Source: Malassezia furfur (lineage: Eukaryota). Taken from it: 32,285 bases of DNA. The translations under genes were made by a program, and so were the position numbers. The notes beneath the pieces are model-generated. The model saw nothing but the letters and a program-made list of their open reading frames with translations, had not been told where the DNA came from and did no database searches. How positions within the stretch are numbered: position 1 is the stretch's first letter; each line of letters begins with the position of its first letter. Shown here one piece after another: positions 10,101 to 20,180 of this stretch. The DNA lies in the NCBI GenBank assembly GCA_052055015.1, contig JBQJIT010000085.1; one strand, given 5' to 3'.

Positions 10101-12761
10101 TCCGAGTCCATTTTCAGCTGGGAGAACATCAACTACGACGTCACCATCAAGGGTAACCCCCGCCGCCTGCTCAACAACGTGTCGGGCTTTGTGGCACCCG
10201 GCAAGATGACTGCGCTGATGGGCGAGAGTGGTGCCGGTAAGACGACACTGCTCAATGTGCTGGCGCAGCGCACCGACGTCGGTGTGGTCCAGGGCGACTT
10301 TTTCGTCAACGGCCGTCCTCTGCCGCGCTCGTTCCAGGCGGACACAGGCTACTGTCAGCAGCAGGATGTGCACTTGGCGCAGTCGACGGTGCGTGAGGCG
10401 CTGCAGTTCTCTGCACTGCTTCGTCAGCCGCGCGAGACACCCAAGGAGGAGCGCATCGCATACGTTGAGACTGTCATTGAGTTGCTCGAGATGCAGTCGT
10501 TTGCCGAGGCGCTTGTTGGCGACGTCGGAGAAGGCCTGAATGTCGAGCAGCGGAAGCGCCTGACGATTGGTGTGGAGCTGGCGGCGAAGCCGAGTCTGCT
10601 GCTCTTCCTGGACGAGCCGACGTCGGGTCTGGATGCGCAGGCGGCGTGGTCGATTGTGCGATTCCTGAAGAAGCTGGCGAGCGAGGGCCAGGCGATTCTG
10701 TGTACGATCCACCAGCCGAGTGGTGAGCTTTTCAACCAGTTTGACCGGCTGCTGCTGCTGCAAAAGGGCGGTAAGACGGTGTACTTTGGCGACACGGGTG
10801 AGAACTCGATGACACTCATTCGCTACTTTGAGGAGCGGAGTGGGATCAAGTGTGACGAAAATGCCAACCCCGCCGAGTACATTCTGGATGTGATCGGTGC
10901 TGGTGCGACGGCAACCACCGACAAAAACTGGCACGAGCTCTTCCTCCAGAGCCCGCAGTATGTGGAGATGAAGCAGCAGCTTGCGCAGGTGCACCACGCA
11001 AAGCGCGCGGCCTTGGACGAGGCTGGTGCGCCATCGTCGAGTGCGCAGCGCGAGTATGCACAGCCGTTCTTTGTGCAGCTGTCGGTGGTAACGCACCGCG
11101 CGTTCATTTCCTATTGGCGGAACCCGCTGTACCTCACGACGAAGATGATCCTGAACGTGGTGTCTGGTCTGGTGGTGGGTTCCTCGTTCTGGAAGCAGGG
11201 CAAGGAGCAATCCAAGATTGCGCTGCAGAACCGTCTGTTTGCATGCTTTTTGGCGCTGGTCGCCTCGACGTCGCTGTCGCAGCACCTGCAGCCCGAGTTT
11301 ATCAAGTTCCGCGCCCTGTTTGAGGTGCGCGAGAAGCCTTCGAAGCTCTACTCCTGGCCGGTGATGGTGCTCAGTGCGCTGCTTGTCGAGATCCCGTGGA
11401 ACTTTATCGGAGGCACGGTGTATTGGCTGCCGTGGTACTTCCTGATCCAGTTCCCCTCGGACTCGACGCGCTCCGCGTACAGCTGGGGTCTGTACATGCT
11501 CTTCCAGCTGTACTACTGCACCTTTGCACAGGCGATGGCGGCCATCAGCCCCAACGCGATGATCGCCTCGATCCTCTTCTCCACGTTCTTTTCGTTTGTC
11601 GTCATCTTCTGTGGTGTGGTGCAGCCACCCGACTTGCTCCCCTCGTTCTGGAAGGCATGGATGTACCTTGTGTCACCCTTCTTCTGGATCATGGAGGGCA
11701 TGCTGGGCAACGCCGTGGGTGGTGTCGACGTGCACTGCACCGCGGAGGAGATGCAGCGCCTCATTCCGCCCAGGGGCGAGACGTGCATGGACTACCTGCG
11801 CGGCTTCTCCTCGCCGCAGGGCGATCCGGCGGGCGGCACGGGCTACTTCGAACAGCAGACGGACGGCTCGTGCCTCTACTGCCAGTACCGCCGCGGTGAC
11901 GACTACCTTGCCTCGGTTCGGATGCATGCCTCCGGGCGCTACCGGGACCTGGGCATCATTATCGCATACATTGCCTTCAACACCGCACTTCTCTTTGGCC
12001 TCTTTTACCTCTTCCGCGTCCACAAGTGGAGCTCGAACAAGAACAAGGGCGGCGCCCCTGGCCCCGTGATGCAGGACGAGAGCGAGGCGGGTCCTGTGCC
12101 GCCGCCCACGATGCAGTCGGAGATGCCGACCATGATGCTCGGCCCGCCGCACTCGATCGGGCTCGGCCTTGGGCATCAAGCCGAGGCAAGCAACGACGAC
12201 CTTGGCAAGTCGCCGCTGAGCAACTTTGCGTCGCCGTCGACGGCCAACCTTATGTCCAGTGGGCCTTACCTCGGCGAGGGCGGCTACCAGGGCGGCAAGG
12301 ACGACCCGAGCAACATGGGCATGCACTCGCCCGTGTCGCCATCGCACCCCCTCGCACACAGCACATCGGCGATGTCGCTGGCCTCGCCGGTGATGCAGCC
12401 CACGACGCCGCCCATCGGCGCGGCGATCACCACCGACGAGCGCCAGCCGGAGCGCCCACGGCACAGTCGCCGTGCGTCGCGCAGTGCGCACCGCTCCAGC
12501 AAGCAAGGCGCATCGCGCACGTCGTACGGTGCGCGCAAATCCGAGCGCGACACGTGGTTCGATGAGTACGCCGACCGCGAGCCCGAGCGGTACGCCGAGC
12601 GCGGCGGGGAGCACTACCCCGACCGTGTGGTGGAGCGCTACTCGCGGCACAAGCGCGGGTCGTCGCGCACGTCGCGCACGTCGCGTGCCATGTCTGGCCT
12701 GTCGTACTACTACGACGACGAATATGACCAATCCGGCCCGTACTACGAGGCGCATGGATAG
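7113..12761 (+). CDS. Second full-size PDR-type (ABCG) ABC transporter, ~1882 aa, intronless, with long low-complexity N- and C-terminal tails
   Basis: First in-frame ATG is 7113 (the ORF track starts at a GTG, 6900). GRPGSGCTS, VSGGERKRVSIAE, GESGAGKTT, LNVEQRKRLTIGVEL. Tandem paralog of 1485-6365. Confidence 0.95.
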   Translation: MTTRRDGHGLDPAFDPSPPEQYSQLSEVGQLGEIPLVRLEAHARSEQPGNSRQYHDIYGQRYPERFDDRFDDRSIGGYTPQTAARSHMNLLGNDSTDFLSPQLDKPHTPRQTYTPRMDVHTPYGEYGTPKEYYSSSRQLYRPDAAEAAGESRRRQRRSRKSVPMDSLDPEGVQALSRRLSKHVSMSHPSYAAPALGPPASAPPRGILRTPMESEAQHETEKTDDHVKQLTADPFDEENKFDLAQMLRQVYAESDQRGNLRRTMGIAFRDLTVTGVGSGAELNPTFGSVLLSPLRIIPGIRAMMHPPIKTIIQDFEGCVKPGEMLLVLGRPGSGCTSFLKALCSYRDGFKSIDGTVLYEGLDHRSIDGPLRGDVVYSPEDDVHFSTLTVGQTLNFAAATRAPSTRYRITLPDAPDHRQQYIDYTREVLATILGLRHTYNTKVGNDMIRGVSGGERKRVSIAETLATRAKIAMFDNSSRGLDSSTALEFVTALRISTNISLSTTLASIYQAGENITQLFDKVVVLNQGRMVYFGPLAYAVDHFRSIGFEPLDRQTTADFLVACTDFQGQNINPHFRGPVPRLPDEQAQAFRESPVGRANRAEVENYIAVMMSRQTKQNANMYVDLARDERAKHTRKGSKYLLSWPMQVRLALKRRTQVAWGDMGTHLTVMIAALFQALIIGSVFYQMPEDTSGFFSRGGVLFFSLLYNSFTGMSEISLGYEQRPIVIRQKRFAMLHPSADALGNTLLDFPIRMVSLVIFDVVVYFLTGLSYDANKFFTYFGITCLVTYCMTAFFRMLAASTKSEPLATMFGGVAVLDVALYTGYMIPRGSMMPWWRWLSYWNPVAFGFEILLANEYRGMQFRCQQLVPYGNGFDDRPLANKVCPVAGAQPGSEYVDAPTYLEATYGFTWDHTVRNAMIVLGFWGFFIIMYLLASEKQIDPAASGGTMLFNRATAKKAVHVADTNDVEAQDRKDTAEYLQAQQQQEHIDSVPHPSHLKVSESIFSWENINYDVTIKGNPRRLLNNVSGFVAPGKMTALMGESGAGKTTLLNVLAQRTDVGVVQGDFFVNGRPLPRSFQADTGYCQQQDVHLAQSTVREALQFSALLRQPRETPKEERIAYVETVIELLEMQSFAEALVGDVGEGLNVEQRKRLTIGVELAAKPSLLLFLDEPTSGLDAQAAWSIVRFLKKLASEGQAILCTIHQPSGELFNQFDRLLLLQKGGKTVYFGDTGENSMTLIRYFEERSGIKCDENANPAEYILDVIGAGATATTDKNWHELFLQSPQYVEMKQQLAQVHHAKRAALDEAGAPSSSAQREYAQPFFVQLSVVTHRAFISYWRNPLYLTTKMILNVVSGLVVGSSFWKQGKEQSKIALQNRLFACFLALVASTSLSQHLQPEFIKFRALFEVREKPSKLYSWPVMVLSALLVEIPWNFIGGTVYWLPWYFLIQFPSDSTRSAYSWGLYMLFQLYYCTFAQAMAAISPNAMIASILFSTFFSFVVIFCGVVQPPDLLPSFWKAWMYLVSPFFWIMEGMLGNAVGGVDVHCTAEEMQRLIPPRGETCMDYLRGFSSPQGDPAGGTGYFEQQTDGSCLYCQYRRGDDYLASVRMHASGRYRDLGIIIAYIAFNTALLFGLFYLFRVHKWSSNKNKGGAPGPVMQDESEAGPVPPPTMQSEMPTMMLGPPHSIGLGLGHQAEASNDDLGKSPLSNFASPSTANLMSSGPYLGEGGYQGGKDDPSNMGMHSPVSPSHPLAHSTSAMSLASPVMQPTTPPIGAAITTDERQPERPRHSRRASRSAHRSSKQGASRTSYGARKSERDTWFDEYADREPERYAERGGEHYPDRVVERYSRHKRGSSRTSRTSRAMSGLSYYYDDEYDQSGPYYEAHG
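10542..10779 (+). repeat. 238-bp tract identical to 4767-5004
   Basis: Direct sequence comparison. Confidence 0.9.
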
Positions 12762-12791
12762 ATGTATAGAAGGTTCATCCTGGGTATCATA

Positions 12792-13446
12792 CTACAAGAG
12801 AAGCACCGCGAGCAGCAAGAGAAACAGCAGCTGGAGGCGTCAGCATGTACACACGTACCGCGATTAGAATCCACACGCACCACCCGTTGAGGCGCGCGTC
12901 GGCGTGCACCAGGAAACGGTCCATGCGCTTGACCGCCGCCTGGAGCTGTGTTTGCGCGCGGTCGACATCGGTGTCGAGGTCGTGCAGCATCACGGCATGC
13001 TCATCCGCCTCAGTGCCGATCAGCTCCGCCTGCGACCGCAGCGTGGTGAGCGACGAGCCGATCTGGTTCAGCGCGCGGTCCTGGTTCGCGAGGAGCAGTT
13101 GCTGCTGCTCCTGCTCCCACGCCAGCGACGTCGTGGGCCGCACGTCCAAAGCGCCCGCGCCGGTGTGCAGTGCATGCTCGAGGCGGCTCAGCTCGCGCTC
13201 GCTCGTCTGTACAAATGCCTTGCGCCGCTCCAGCTCGGCGGGCGACACGCCGAAACGTGACGCGCCGCCTTGCTCCACGACGTGCACCGTTTGCCGGAGC
13301 TCGGCGAGGTCCTGGCGCAGCGACGTGAGTGTCTCACTGAGCTCTGCGCGCGTGCTTCCGTCGCGCTGGAAGGCGTCGCGCAGCGTGCGTGCTGCGTGAA
13401 AGGAGCTCTGGATGTCCTGCGCGAGGCCTTCGTAGGAATCGCGCAT
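12792..13446 (-). CDS. TLG1: Qc-SNARE, syntaxin-6/Tlg1-like, ~208 aa
   Basis: ATG 13446 (MRDSYEGLAQDIQSS). Syntaxin-6 N-domain-like segment (RFGVSPAELERRKAFV) and SNARE motif (QDRALNQIGSSLTTLRSQAELIGTEADEHAVMLHDLD). Removing intron 12831-12858 (28 nt) restores the C-terminal TM helix WILIALLFLLLLAVLLL*. Confidence 0.8.
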
Positions 13447-13455
13447 CGTGGGCGC

Positions 13456-13467
13456 AGCCACGTGGCT
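13456..13467. promoter_or_regulatory. Perfect 12-bp palindrome AGCCACGTGGCT in the 33-bp divergent SNARE/UGGT spacer
   Basis: Seen directly; has a CACGTG (E-box/G-box) core and GCCACGT on both strands. Confidence 0.5.
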
Positions 13468-13479
13468 CCTCTCGCGACC

Positions 13480-16400
13480 ATGCGCTGGGGGATCGGTGTG
13501 CTGAGCGCCGCGGCCGCGGTCGCGGCGTTTTGGGGCACACCCAAGCCACATGTTGAGCAACCAGAGAGCCCGGTAAGCGTGCGCCTACGGCACCCGTGGT
13601 ACACGGGGGACGCGCGCGCCGCGTACGTCGTCGAGATGCTCGAGGCCGCCGCGCGCATCTGGCCGTCAGACGTCTTTGCGCTGGTCGAGCGCGTCGCGGC
13701 GCCCGACGGACTGGCACGCGCTGGCGATGTCGGCGAGGCAAGTGCCCAGACGCTGTACGAGGCACTTGATGCAATCATTGGCGAGCATGCGCTCATTTCG
13801 GACGCCATTCCCGCCCAGGACGAATGGCGCGCGGCGGTTGCGATGCATTCGCAGGCCGCGCACGTCGCGTCCTACTACCAGCTCTTCCACACGAGCCGTG
13901 CACTGCACGGCATTGACCTGGAATGTGCCTACATCTACTTTGACCACCACGGCTACTGCGGCGTCGACGAGGCGCGCGCGGCGATTGAGCGGCGCCGGAG
14001 CGAAGCGGTCGACGGCGCGGCCGGTGCGCCGCTGCCGAGCGACCACGTGTATGCGCCGCGCGCATCCGTGGCACAGGTGCTGCCGACGGCCGTGCTGTAT
14101 GCGGACCCGTTTGACCCCGCGCTCGCGGCGAAGCACACGCTGCTGATGCAGCTGGCGGACGATGTGCATGCGCCGATTCAGTATGTGCTGCGCTGGCGTC
14201 CGACGCCGCAGCGGCACGACGATGCGCTCACGTACCTGTCCGGCTTTGGCGCTGCGCTGCACCTCAAGAAAGTCGACTACCTCGTGATCGACGACCGCAA
14301 AGTCGACGCGGCGCCGAATGCGACGCTGGACGCGGCGACGACGGCGCTGCTGCAGCACGAGCGCGAGACGTACCACACGCTGTCCTCGCAGTTGTATGCG
14401 CCGGGTAAGGCGCCGAAGCGCGTGCAGGACGCCGTCGCGGCGCAGAGCGCGCTCAAGGACGACGACCGTGCGCGGCTTGGCATCGGCGCGGCGCATGCGG
14501 TGCTTACGGCGACCGACCCGCTTGAGACGCTGATTGAGCTGACGCACAACTTTCCCGCGCACGCGGCGGGCGTTGCGCAGTATGCCGCGCGCCTGCCCGC
14601 AGGCAACACGGTGACCAAAGCCGTCGAGGAGCTGCAGGAGCGCGTGGTTGACGCAGGGATGTCGATGGCATGGATGAACGGCAAGGCACTCCCGCTGACC
14701 GAGTACGCGCCGCACGAGGTGCTGGAGCGCGTGCGCAGCGAGCGTGTGCTCCTGACGCAGTTTGCCGCGCCCGAGATTGGCATCGATGCACAGAATGCGC
14801 TGCTGATGCTCACCAATGCCCAGGTAAATGCGGCGTTCTTGCCCGGCGTGCCGTCCGCGGCGCGGTACGACGCCAGCGACCGGATCGAGCGCGCCGCACA
14901 CGACGCACCCGTGGTTGCATGGCGCAACGACCTGGCCGTCGACGGTGCGGAGCGCTGGCCGACGGATCTGCGCGTGCTGCTGCAGCCGCGCTGGCCAGGC
15001 CAGCCCGTGTCGCTCGCGCACAACCTCTTCCACTTGGTCGTGGTGGTGAACATGACGGATGCCAGCGCGGTGAGCCTCTGTGCGCAGATCGTCGCGTCGG
15101 AGCTCGAGGCGTACGGCCTGCACCTCGGCCTCGTGCCGCTGCTCGATGCGTCGCCCGCGGCCGAGGCGATGGCCGAGGTACTGTGGCATGCGACCGACGC
15201 GCTCTCGAACGACGACCTCACCACGTTCCTGTCCGCACTCGCCGACGCACCCGACGCGGCGGCGGCGCGCCGCCTCCTCGCGCCGTTTGTGCGCGACCAG
15301 CCAGCGAGCGCCGCACGCGCGTTTGTCGAAAAGGGCGCGCGGACGCCGGCGATGGAGGCGCGTCTCGCCGCGACGCGCGCGTACCTGCAGCGCCTCGGCG
15401 TGCCGTTGGGCGGGCCCGGCGCCGCGTTCCTGAACGGCCAAGAGGTGTCGTACAGCGACGCGGTGCTCCAAGAGGCCATGGGCGTGCAACTGTCGCAGAC
15501 GCGCCTCGCCGCCGCCGACATCCACGCTGGGCGCATCGCCGAGGACGCTGTGCCGACCTACTTTTACGACCTGCCCGACACGCGCCGCTGCCGCTCGCGG
15601 CTCGTGTCGCGCCTGGCGGGCACCGAGCCCGCGTCGTTCGTCAACCTGCCCGACGTCGTCACGCAGCTCGCCACCACGGCGGCGGCACCGCACCTCGGCG
15701 TGCTGCGCGACTTTGTGTACCACGACGAGCGGCCCGTGAACGTGTCGGTGCGCCTCGTGGCGGACTTGGACGCGCCGGCGGGCCGCGCGCTTGCCGTGCA
15801 CGCGCTCGAGGCGCTGCAGCACACGCCGTTCCGCGTGAGCTTTGTGCATGTGCCCAGTACCGCCGCGTCCGGCCGCGTGTCGCGTTTCCTGTACGCGGCG
15901 CAGGCGCAGGGCGTGCTCAGCACTCTGGCGCCTGCGACGCTGCGTGACGCACTTGCGGGCGACACGCTCGACGCGCTGGCGCGCTCGCTCAAGCTCGACG
16001 TCGCCGCGCAGGCCGACGCCGCCGACGCGTTCTGGGCGACGGCGGCCGTGCCGTTTGCGGCCGCGGTGCGCGGCGCCGGTGTGCTGCTCAATGGGCGCGT
16101 GCTTGATGCGATCGACGTCGACGCGATGCATGCCGACGAGTTTGCGGCGATCGTCGACTGGGAGCAGCAACAGCATGTCGCGCCGCTGCTCGACACGCTC
16201 GACATCAACGACGACGAGCGCGGGATGGCGGCCCAGGCGCTCGAGTTTGTCACGGCGCTGCTCGGCGCGGCGTTCTCGGTGCCCAACGGCGGCGAGGGTG
16301 CGTACGCGTCGCGTCCACCGACGCGCATGGCGCTCGGCGCATCGCTCGAGCAGTCTGCCGCGGCGTTCAGCGTCGGCGCCGCCGACGCCGACGTGCACGT

Positions 16401-18109
16401 GGCGCTCATCGTCGACCCGCTGAGCGACCAGGCGCCTGGGCTTGCGGCGACGACGCGCATGCTCGCGGGCCTCGACGGCGTGCGCGTGACGGTGATCCTG
16501 AATCCACGCGTGCACGAGACGCGGCTGCCGCTGCAGCAGTTTACGCAGTACGACGCGCGTCTCCGCCCGCTGTTTGGCGACACAGGGAGCGAGCAGCCGC
16601 CGGGCGTAGCGTTTGCGCTGCTTCCGCCGCAGGCGGTGCTCACGATGCAGCTGCTTGCGCCGCGCACGCTTGTCGCGATGGCGGCCGAGGCCGTGTACGA
16701 CCTGGACAACATCCGCCTCGCCGACCTGGCGCCGGCGGCGCGCGGCACCGGCGTTGAGGCCGTGTACGCGGTGCAGAGCGTGCTCGTCGAGGGCCATGCA
16801 CGCACCAACGACGGTGGCGTCCCGAGCGGTCTGCAGCTCCTGCTCATGACCGACGACGAGCGCGAGGTGCTCGACACGATCGTCATGGAGAACATGGGCT
16901 ACTTCCAGTTCCGTGCGCAGCCCGGCGCGTGGCGCCTGGCCATCCGCCCGGGGCGCAGCGCCGACGTGTATGCCCTCGAGCGTGCCGGCACTGCGGGGAG
17001 GTCGAATGCGCCGGCGGCGTCGACGGATGGCGCACTGGTCGTCGCCTCGCTGCTGGGCAAGCCGCTGTATCCCGTGGTGGCCAAGCGCCCGGGGATGGAG
17101 TCGGCCGACTTGATTGCCGAGATGGATGCCCCCACGCCGTCCGACGTCGCGACGTCGCGCCGCGGCGGGCACGCCGACATCAACGTGTTCACGTTGGCGA
17201 GCGGCCACCTGTACGAGCGCATGACGTACATCATGATCCTCTCGGTGCTTGAGCACACGCAACACTCGGTCAAGTTCTGGTTCGTGGAGAATTTCCTCTC
17301 GCCATCGTTCAAGGCATTCATCCCGCACCTCGCGGCCGCGTACGGCTTCCGCTACGAGATGATCACCTTTGCCTGGCCCCAGTGGCTGCGTGCCCAGACT
17401 GAGAAGCAGCGCACCATCTGGGCGTACAAAATTCTGTTCCTGGACGTGCTCTTCCCGCTCGACCTGGACCGCGTCATCTTTGTGGATGCGGACCAGATTG
17501 TACGTGCGGATCTGTACGAGCTCGTGACGATGGATTTGCACGGCGGTACGTGTGCACGACTTACCCAGCGCCGTACGGCTACCCCCCGATGGGCGACGAC
17601 AGCGAGGACATGGATGGCTTCCGTTTCTGGAAACACGGCTACTGGCGCAGCTTCCTGCGCGGCCGGACGTACCACATTTCCGCGCTGTACGTCGTCGACC
17701 TGCACCGCTTCCGTGCGGTGGCCGCTGGCGACCTCTTGCGGCGGCACTACCAGCGGCTCACGGCCGACAAAAACTCGCTGGCCAACCTTGACCAGGACCT
17801 GCCGAACCACCGTATGTCGCGCATGCTCACCCAGTGCAACACCTCTTGCCCATCTACACGCTCGACAAGACATGGCTGTGGTGCGAGACGTGGTGCTCGC
17901 ACGACTGGCTGCCCCAGGCCAAGACGATCGACCTGTGCAGCAACCCCAAAACCAAGGAGCCCAAGCTCGACCGCGCGCGCCGCCAGATCCCCGAGTGGAA
18001 CGTGCTGGATGCGCAGGTCGCGGCGCTCGCCGCCCGCGTCGCCCAGGGCGATGCACCGGCCTCGGACGCGGCCGAGGCTTCCGCGGACACGGTGCACGAC
18101 GAGCTCTAG
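13480..18109 (+). CDS. KRE5: UDP-glucose:glycoprotein glucosyltransferase (UGGT/Kre5), ~1527 aa
   Basis: Signal-peptide-like N-terminus. GT24 motifs [63 protein letters not shown] and a C-terminal HDEL. Introns 17546-17568 and 17812-17834 (23 nt each) join the catalytic domain in frame. Confidence 0.95.
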
Positions 18110-18140
18110 GCTATAAAGGCTATCGCTGCTCCGTAGGGTA

Positions 18141-20012
18141 TCAAGACATTTCCATACATGCCGGCGCCGCATCGGCCTCGCGCGCCGCTGCCTCTGTCGC
18201 GTCGGCCCGCTGGCGGTATACGCGGTGCAGCACGACGGGCAAGGCACTGGCGGCACTCAGCAGCGCCAGCTTCACCATCATGTCCACGGTCCAGATCCGC
18301 GCGAGCAGCACACTCACGACGCCGCTCGCGAGCAGCGACTCGGCGGCACCCGTCGCCTGCGTCGACGCCTCGAGGGGGCTCGCGGCGCTGACCTGGGCCG
18401 CGAGGAGATGGCTGCGCTCCGCCTGGATCGCCGACACGACGTCCTGCAGAATCTCACCGATCTGCGCCGTGCAAAAGTTCCACGGAATGCTCCCGATGCC
18501 GAGCGTCACGGCGAACGGCAGGAGCGGCACACGCAGCACCCCGCACGCAATGTTCATCATGCCGTACGGCACAATCGGCAGGAGGCGCAGAAAGAGCAAA
18601 TAGTTCCACAGGTTGCGCGGCGGGTCGCCTGCATCCACACGCGGCGTCGGCGGCCGGTCGCGGTGCTGCAGCGATGCAGGCTCTTCGACAATCGCCAGCG
18701 CGCGGCGCATTGCATGCAACGGCTTGGCCAGGCCAGGGACATGGGAGACGACCTCGCCAAACGGCATCGCAAGCAGGTAGCACAGCACGCCGCCAAACGC
18801 CGTGAGAAGCGACGCAAAGAACGAGCCGGCATACGCACCGTACATCGCACCAAACACGATGTTGGTGATCAGACTCCCGGGCACACAGAACGCCTGCTTC
18901 CACGTGAAGAAGAGCGACAGGACAATCCACACGTGCCACATGGCCAGTGTGCTGCTCTGCGCGTAGGTCTGCAGCGCAGCGCACATGTCGCGCACCTCGG
19001 TGAGCGTCAGCTGCGCGAGGTGCGTCGGGAGGTGCAGCGGCAGCGTGCGGAGGCAGGCGCCCAGCACCGCCGTCGCCGCGACAAACGTCACGCCGAGCAG
19101 CACAAGCTTCCACGCGTGCGGTGCAAGCGTCGCGACCCACTGCGACTGCGCGCGGGGCTCGACGTCGGCGCGCACCGCCGCCGACGGCCACAGGCGCAGC
19201 ATCCCCGCGCGGCACGCGTGTGTCACTGCCGCAAACCGGGAGGGGCCGCGCGCAGCCGCCCGCTTGTTCTCGTCATCGGCTCGCGACCATGACAGCGAGC
19301 GTGCACTCGACAGGCTGCTTGGTGTGGACACGCGCTCGTTGAGCACGGGGAACGGCAGCGGCTCTGCCACGCGCGGCGCTGTCCACGGCTCGAGCGGCGG
19401 TGGCGAGAAGGGCTTCTCGACGGATGCTGCGTCGGCCGCCGCCTGTGCGGCACTCCACGCATGTCGCGGGGGGACGTAGTGCGGGCGGTCGACGCTGGCA
19501 ATCGACGCCGTGTCGTATGTGGCGGTGTCCGGCTCCCCGTCCGAGTTCTCGTCGTCCAGCACGGGCGAGAGCGGCGGGCTGTCGCTATTGAGCATGGGGA
19601 TGGCTGCCCGGCGCGCCTCAGGCATCACGATCCGCGTCGGCCGCATGGGCTGGTACTCGGTGGTGTCCGCGGCGTTCGACGAAGACCCCGGCGTGACTTT
19701 GTGCAAAAACGTCCGGAGCCCCGCGAAGCGGGGGGTATCTTGCTCCGACACCGGCGACGCCAGCTGCTGGTTCCATGTATTGCGCAGATGGCCGCGTCGG
19801 GGGGGCGAAAGGGTGACATCGGGTGTGCCGGGTTTGGGCTCGTGCTGCACCCGTCGGTCGAGGCGCATCAGGGTCCGCAGCGGGGCACTGCTCTCCCTGC
19901 TGTGGCTGGGAGGCGAGGACGGCGCCGACGGTATGGACGACCGCCGCGCCTTGTTGTGCCATTTCGGGCTCACGTGCGGCCCCATGGTCTGCAACCGTGG
20001 CTCGTCCATCAT
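18141..20012 (-). CDS. DedA/SNARE-associated (VTT) family membrane protein, TMEM41-like, ~623 aa, with a long Ser/Pro-rich N-terminus
   Basis: WKQAFCVPGSLITNIVFGAMYG and LFLRLLPIVPYGMMNIACGVL are VTT/DedA-domain motifs. Start uncertain: first ATGs at 20012/20009; the frame is open to 20147. Confidence 0.8.
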   Translation of the reverse strand: MMDEPRLQTMGPHVSPKWHNKARRSSIPSAPSSPPSHSRESSAPLRTLMRLDRRVQHEPKPGTPDVTLSPPRRGHLRNTWNQQLASPVSEQDTPRFAGLRTFLHKVTPGSSSNAADTTEYQPMRPTRIVMPEARRAAIPMLNSDSPPLSPVLDDENSDGEPDTATYDTASIASVDRPHYVPPRHAWSAAQAAADAASVEKPFSPPPLEPWTAPRVAEPLPFPVLNERVSTPSSLSSARSLSWSRADDENKRAAARGPSRFAAVTHACRAGMLRLWPSAAVRADVEPRAQSQWVATLAPHAWKLVLLGVTFVAATAVLGACLRTLPLHLPTHLAQLTLTEVRDMCAALQTYAQSSTLAMWHVWIVLSLFFTWKQAFCVPGSLITNIVFGAMYGAYAGSFFASLLTAFGGVLCYLLAMPFGEVVSHVPGLAKPLHAMRRALAIVEEPASLQHRDRPPTPRVDAGDPPRNLWNYLLFLRLLPIVPYGMMNIACGVLRVPLLPFAVTLGIGSIPWNFCTAQIGEILQDVVSAIQAERSHLLAAQVSAASPLEASTQATGAAESLLASGVVSVLLARIWTVDMMVKLALLSAASALPVVLHRVYRQRADATEAAAREADAAPACMEMS

Positions 20013-20180
20013 GTACGGGCTCTCGGTGCGCCAGATGGAGTCGCGCGGACGTGTCAAGATGTCCACGGACTTTTTACCCTGGTGCGTGCGCCCGTACGCT
20101 GCGTCAGCACGTGGGAGGGTCGATCCCCGCGGTGCCCGCGGCCACACACCGCCCGCTGACTCAGCGCTTGTGCACAGACG

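Noticed and set aside
12660..12687. 9-bp tandem repeat GTCGCGCAC
   Set aside because: Fewer than three copies, simply encoding SRTSRTSR.
13666..17541. 1291-aa antisense ORF, and similar ones at 4131-5675, 9948-11285 and 26846-28507
   Set aside because: Shadow frames opposite real genes, caused by strong GC3 bias; no recognisable motifs.
17546..18603. Apparent frameshifts or pseudogenisation of UGGT, IBA57 and the 5'-nucleotidase; the 1777-aa ORF running to 18603
   Set aside because: Every break is explained by a 22-26 nt GT-AG intron that restores conserved motifs (e.g. HDEL stop at 18109).
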